Source of the DNA: Octopus sinensis
Lineage: Eukaryota
Assembly (NCBI RefSeq): GCF_006345805.1
Contig: NC_043014.1
Coordinates: 36,270,001 to 36,334,000, forward strand
Reading direction: 5' to 3'
Length of the DNA stretch: 64,000 nucleotides
The notes beneath the pieces were generated by a model. The model saw only the letters and a list, made by a program, of their open reading frames with translations, did not search any database and had not been told where the DNA came from. Below are positions 57,629 through 64,000 of this stretch, piece after piece. Made by a program: the position numbers and the translations under genes. Each line of letters opens with the position of its first letter. Position 1 is the stretch's first letter.

Positions 57629-58690
57629 AGAGATAGATAGAGAGATAGGTAGGTAGATAGATAGATAGATACATACATACATACATACATACATACATAG
57701 ATAGATAGATAGATAAGATATAGAGAAATAGATAGATAGATAGATAGATAAATAGATAGATTGATGGATAGATAAATAGGTAGATAAATAGATAGATAGA
57801 TAAATAGGTAGATACATAAGATATAGACAGATAGATAGTGAGATATAGATAGAGAAATATAGAGATATTGAGATAAATAGAGAGAGATGGATAAAGAGAT
57901 ATATATAGAGATATAGATGTCACGGACGCTAGAAAACCGGAAGTAAATATTCTTAAAAACAGAAACTTAAATACACGCACACGTACACAAGCACGCACGC
58001 ACATGCGCACGCAAAAACACACACTCACACATATACACATACAAAGATGAAAAGAAAAATAGAGAATTTCGAAGTACTGAGAGATTGGGTGAAAGAAGTA
58101 TTGTGATTAAGCAAAAGACGCCGACTTAGGACGCGGGAGAGGAAAGTGAGGGAAAGTTATAAGGATATGAAAGTAAGAAAGGGAGAGAAGAAGGAAGATT
58201 GGCAAGAAGGAGTAACAGTAAAAGATTAAGAAGAACGTCATGGAAAAGTGAGAGGGAGAGAGTGAAAGGGACAAAGATAGAGAGAAAGAGCGTAAGAGGA
58301 GAGAAAGTGAGAGAGAGAGAAAAAAAAGAGAAGAACAGTCAAAACATTTTCTTTTTTTTACTACATTTGTTTGGTATTTTTCTAATAGATTTTTCAATAT
58401 GACGCTACACTGGACACTGGATGACATAGCTGACCTTGCTGACCTAGCTGCTTGAACAGCTTCCTAAGCATTCTTCCGACTCGGTTGATTCATGGCAAAG
58501 GGAATCGTCGGGAGTGGTAGGCTTACCAGGATTTCTAACTTATCGAAGCTCCTTCTTTATTGTAAGGTCATCCAGGCAGTTGAGAAAAAAAAAGGATTTA
58601 CTCCACTCCCCGAGCAGTCTGGATTGCTGCTACACATACCACTAGGTAACTTACGGGTGAAGCAGAAGGGATTGGAAGTGAAACGGTACG

Positions 58691-59110
58691 GGATCTTTTC
58701 GGTTTGAACGGCAGTTTTTTAAAAATAATTTCCACGCAACAAAACACTTTTAAACTTCTTATACTGGTAGAATGTATTTATAAAACATCTTTTTCTCTTG
58801 GTTTTATTGAGACAATTCTATAGTTTGTAGGTTTTTTGTTGTTTTTTCTACTTCAATATCTGCAATTTCAACCAATCAATGACATCTATTGAGGTAAAAA
58901 CATTCTGTCCCGTATGAATCTGTCCCTCGTTTAAGAAACAGATTGGGTTTATTTACATTCCTGAAGAAAAAAAGGTACCCTTCCCCCCACCCAAAACCCT
59001 AACCCTAACTAACCCTAAACCTAAAACAGATCGATTCCAGGGTCATAATTATGGGTGACAATTTCATATGACACCGCTAGAAAAAACTGCCGTTCAAACC
59101 GCAAAGATCC
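58691..59110. mobile_element. Same MITE, copy B
   Basis: Same TIRs and TSD ACGGTACG (58683-58690, 59111-59118). Confidence 0.85.
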
Positions 59111-59529
59111 ACGGTACGTTCATCTCTTCGAAATCTGACATTGTGCTTAGCAACAAGCTCACGTTTTCTTCATCAGAATATCTCATAACTCTGCTTAGTT
59201 GATTGGCGTTCCCCTCCACTGGATCCTTTGAAAGTTCCCAATTCCTCCTACCATAAATATATTTGGTAAGCGAGCAGGTTTATCTGTCGGATTTATTGTT
59301 ACATACGTCAATGATGCTGAATCTGGCAACTGCTTTGCCAACAATGAGAGTTATCTCCAGCCTCACCGTCAACCAGCATCACCTTACCCACTGACCGTTC
59401 GGTCCTGCAAACATAATTTTGAAATTTCTGCCACTCACTCTTGTTGCTTCGTAGAGGTCATTTACCTGCAGATCAACACTGTATTTGGTTGGATATACAA
59501 GCATATTAAAGTAGTCGGCAGGTTGGCTA

Positions 59530-59570
<41 letters not shown>

Positions 59571-60370
59571 AATAGGTGAATGAATTATCCTGTTTATCGT
59601 CAGCATGGAAAATTCGTTGAACCGAAACCAGGGTAGCAAATTCACGTCAGAAACACGGTTGAAGCGACCTATCCAAGGGTAGAAACTCCGGGTTCATGTG
59701 CAGAAATTTGAGTGTTGTATATGAATAAATGAAAGAATGGAGTCGAACGAAGATGTTAACAAAATTCCTTTACTCTCGACATATGTTTCGAAGACAACAT
59801 GGTTTCATTCCAAAAAAATAAAGGGTGAATTATGCAATCTTCTCATCAGGAAAGAAAGGGAGCCTCTCTCGACAACAAGACAAACAAAAATTTCGATGAC
59901 TGCCTATGTGGTAAAAAAAACGATAATGAGTGATTTTAAAAAAACCTTTAGAAGAATTGACGTCAAAGATAGATAGTAGGAAGAGAAGGGTTAAAGGAAT
60001 AGTAGGTAGGGAACAAGTGGAGTGGGAAGGGTACGTTGATTGAAAGAATGTTCGAAGGCTTGGGAAAGAATTTCGCTATTGAAGTGGAGTGGACGTTAAG
60101 CTAATTGTTCAAACCACAGTGACTATCGTTATCATAATCGTCTTCTAAATGTTTCAGGTTCTTGACCCAGTTTGTATTTTTTTACATTTACATATATATA
60201 TATAATATGAATTAGAGATAAAACCACTATTAGGCAACTCAAACTGTTTGAGTTGCCTAATAGTGGTTTTATCACTAATTCATATTTTATATATTTATAC
60301 TGTGAAATTTGATTTAATCCTAAATCTAATTTTTCCCTGTAAGTTTGGAGCCATACTCCCTAATTTTATT

Positions 60371-60531
<161 letters not shown>

Positions 60532-60894
60532 GTACCAGAATTTAGTAAGGTATTATCCATATAAATCAAATGGGGCGATTTTAATCACACCATTTGATTT
60601 ATATGGATAATACCTTCCATCTTATGCGCATAATCAGGTCTCTAATTTTCTCTAAATGTTTCTTAGAGTATAGTTCCCTTAATGGAGTGTGTGCGTGTAT
60701 AGACGTTATCGGGTATGTGCGCATAGAGGCGTGTGTGTGCGCGTGCATAATTGTATGTGCGTATATAGACGTGGTTTACTCTTTCTATACTCCCATATGC
60801 CTTTTCTCTGTATTGTTACTCTTAACCCTGTTTTTTTTTCTCGGAGTTTTATCATGGCTACAGAATAATTCGCACATATTACATTAAGAGATAA

Positions 60895-60979
<85 letters not shown>

Positions 60980-61173
60980 TAATCCAAACAAGAAAGCACA
61001 AAAAAAGCACAACAACGCGAGGACGTGGAACAAATATAGTATTATTGGACGCTCAGGAAAGAAGGAAAGAAGGAGGGTTTAAAGTTTCGAGCGGAGCTCT
61101 TCATCGGAAACATAGGAGAAGGAAAGATCCAGAGATGGGAAGATAGAGCAAAAAAAATCGCCAACGGTACACA

Positions 61174-61248
<75 letters not shown>

Positions 61249-61249
61249 G

Positions 61250-63347
61250 GAAGCATTGGAGGAGGTGGCCCGATATCTGATGATGAAAGGTTAGTGTCTT
61301 ACAAAGAAATAGAGTAGTAGAAATAGGGTATTGCTGTAGAGAAGCTCCATGGCTACCCAGTGAGAGAGAGAGAGTCCAAGAATGAGAGCAGAAATAGGTG
61401 TGCTGCTGTAGAGGAGATATATGGCTATCCAGCCAGAGGCAAGAACAAATGAAAGGGAGAGTAGGAAAGAGCAAAAGGGCAAGAGAGAGCGAGCGAGAGA
61501 GAGAGAGAGAGAGAGAGAGAAGGTGTAGGAAACAGCAAAAGTGCAAGACAGAGAGAGAAAGAGAGATAGAGAGAGAGCAGGAGAGAGATGGTGAAGTACC
61601 AGTGTATATTTATCCGTAATTCTAAAGTTGCCAATTTTATTGCATTATTCTAGTCATAACTGGCATTACTATTAGCATCACAAGTATTTTCACTATTTTT
61701 ACTACTATCTTCATGATATTAATTTCATTTATTATAATAACTAGAACTAATATTATTGCTGTTCCTACCATCATTAATACGGTAAATGGTTTCAACACAT
61801 TGTAGAAAGGACTATTACTGTAATTATTAACATTATTACTATTACCACTACTGAGTAGTGGTAATACTTTCCATTCTCTCGCACATTATCTACCAATACA
61901 TCGACTCCTGGTCTATGTGCAGCCTGTAGAGTCATTTACATTGCAATTATAAATATTAGAAAAGACCTGTTGAGTAAGATTTTATTATTCCATTGGAGGT
62001 ATATTTTATAATAGGGTAGTTGCGTAAGACACATTAACGATATGTCTATTAAAATGTTTTATGATATCTAATAGATTTACTGAAGAGTTTATCTAATGCA
62101 GCGAAGAAAGCGGAAGCAATCAGAGGGAATACATCAAGGTTAAATACTGGATATATCATTTTTTCTCTTACGTAATCCTTTACCGATTTTACTATTCTTG
62201 TTTTCCCTACTGTGTGCAGTGTTTTGCTTATACTTTTCACCACTACCTAATGTTTGAATACAGCTGCTAGTTGTAGTTCCGTTACTTAAGTATTTTCGCT
62301 CCTTATCATTTCTTAACATCCCTCAATTTCCATCATTCCCCTCTCTTGCTATTACTTATAGTCAAGGTAGCGGTTTCGAATAGTTAGGTTCTCATAGTAG
62401 GGCACATGTCCTATATATACATACGTGTTTCACCAATCACGCTTATTGTTAATTATATCCTCATTTATTCCGTCTCCAGACCTACACCTTTGTCTACCAA
62501 TTGTAGTATTCAAGTGTTCCTGCAAGAAGGGCTGTTAACTGATTCACTACTTTGAATATAACTAATTTTTCTACATATCTCACTCTAGCGAGTGCTACCT
62601 TATAATGACCCGCATTCGACGCAGACCAGCTCGATATTATATGCGAAACTATCAATAATAAAAATTGTAATTCAACAGGGATGATTTCAGAATTTATCAA
62701 CATTAAAATTAACGTTTGGATTATGCTAAGCTGCATATAATCCTACATTCAAGCCAGCTACATCTATAAAGTTAGCTGATCTGTAATTTGATCCCATTGG
62801 GATTGTTCGACCAAAAGTTTCAAAAACTTTACACATTTTCCTATACCATCTTAGTTCCGCTACACTATACCTGTCAACGTAAAACATTGTCATTTCTCTT
62901 TATACTTCCCCTAACCTAGGGAAAATAGTTGCTAGTTGCAAAACGATAGAGATTGTATACTTATATGCGAAAAATTGTTTTATTATATCTTTCTAGATTC
63001 ATGTGTATCAGAGAATATGTATCCATATACACACAAACACACATTAAGATATGTTTTCAATATCAGAAATCAACAAGCACTAACTGCAGAAGGCACACAA
63101 TATATAGTATGGAGTCAAATATTTATTTCCGGAGAACATGTGAGTTAATTTTCGCTTGGAAGTTTCGAAATAACCTGTAAAAAAGAAAGCATTGCCAATT
63201 TAGAAAGAAATTATACGTGTATGTAAGTATGTATGTATGTATGAATGTATGTATGTATGTATGTTTGTATGTATGTTTGTATGTATGTATGTATGTATGT
63301 ATGTATGTATGTATGTATGTATGTATGTATGTGTGTATGTATGTATG

Positions 63348-63378
<31 letters not shown>

Positions 63379-64000
63379 TTGTGTGAGTGAAAGTGAGAGA
63401 GAATGTATGTATGTATGTATGTATGTATGTATGTATGTATGTATGTATGTATGTACATATGTACGTATTTAACTTCAGCCAGCGCTTCACAACTGGTGTT
63501 GCTTGAATACGGATCCATAATTTAGAGGTTTGGTAAAAGTGATGATCGAATAAGTATCAAACTTAAAAATAGGTAGTGAGGCCTCTTTGTTCGACAGTTT
63601 AAGCTGGTAGCCAAGCGTGGTCGCAGTCTAGTGACTGAAACAAGTTAAGAAGATCATCTACGCCCGTGAAAACCTGGTATGTTCAGTAATCGAATGCTTT
63701 TGCTCGATGAATGTTTATATAAATATTAAAGGAGAATTACCATAACGATGAGTTTAGAATAAAACCAATGCAGTAAGCTGTTATGATGTGGTGTTTTCCA
63801 TATCTATAATGTGTGGTCCCTGTTGTGACTGTAGCTGTTGTATCTACTATAGTGGCCATTTTTCTGGTATCGGATACAGTTTATCTCTTCTATACCCGAG
63901 TAGTAATACATCGCTTCGTCTATCGTGCTATTGCTGATAGCTCTGCAAAACAGCGACTTTGAACCGCCTACCATCACTATTGACTCGAACTCGACTCTAA
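61250..64000. repeat. Start of third tandem copy (C)
   Basis: 61250-63200 matches 7330-9300; 63470-64000 matches 38110-38650 and 9470-9720. Confidence 0.9.
62790..63174 (-). other. Candidate 3' UTR exon of a third copy (C) whose coding exons would lie beyond the window
   Basis: Same acceptor at 63174; flanks match both 7.3-9.3 kb and 38.1-38.7 kb. Confidence 0.45.

Overview
AT-rich, microsatellite- and SINE-saturated animal genomic DNA. The SINE and Penelope families and the (TA)n/(ATAC)n/(GATA)n load look like Octopus or another cephalopod (inferred from repeat content only). The window is a head-to-tail tandem array of a ~25-29 kb unit: copy A ~7.3-33.2 kb, copy B ~33.2-61.2 kb, and the start of copy C from ~61.2 kb. 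Positions 1-1.3 kb resemble the upstream flank of a more diverged copy. Each full unit carries a minus-strand, 4-coding-exon gene that the ORF track misses: signal-peptide exon (46 nt), V-type Ig exon (333 nt), second Ig exon (309/306 nt), and hydrophobic GPI-signal-like tail exon (80 nt). All three coding introns are GT-AG and phase 1, giving ~255 aa. Between copies A and B the second Ig exon has accumulated mostly amino-acid-changing differences while the adjacent intron is identical. The V exon is identical apart from a 1-nt frameshift in B. The rest is transposon sequence: a near-intact RTE LINE in copy B only, Tx1/L1, Penelope, pogo, CR1 and Gypsy remnants, hAT and Merlin-like MITEs, foldback palindromes, and minimal hammerhead-like motifs. 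All alignments and counts were done by eye; no database search was run.
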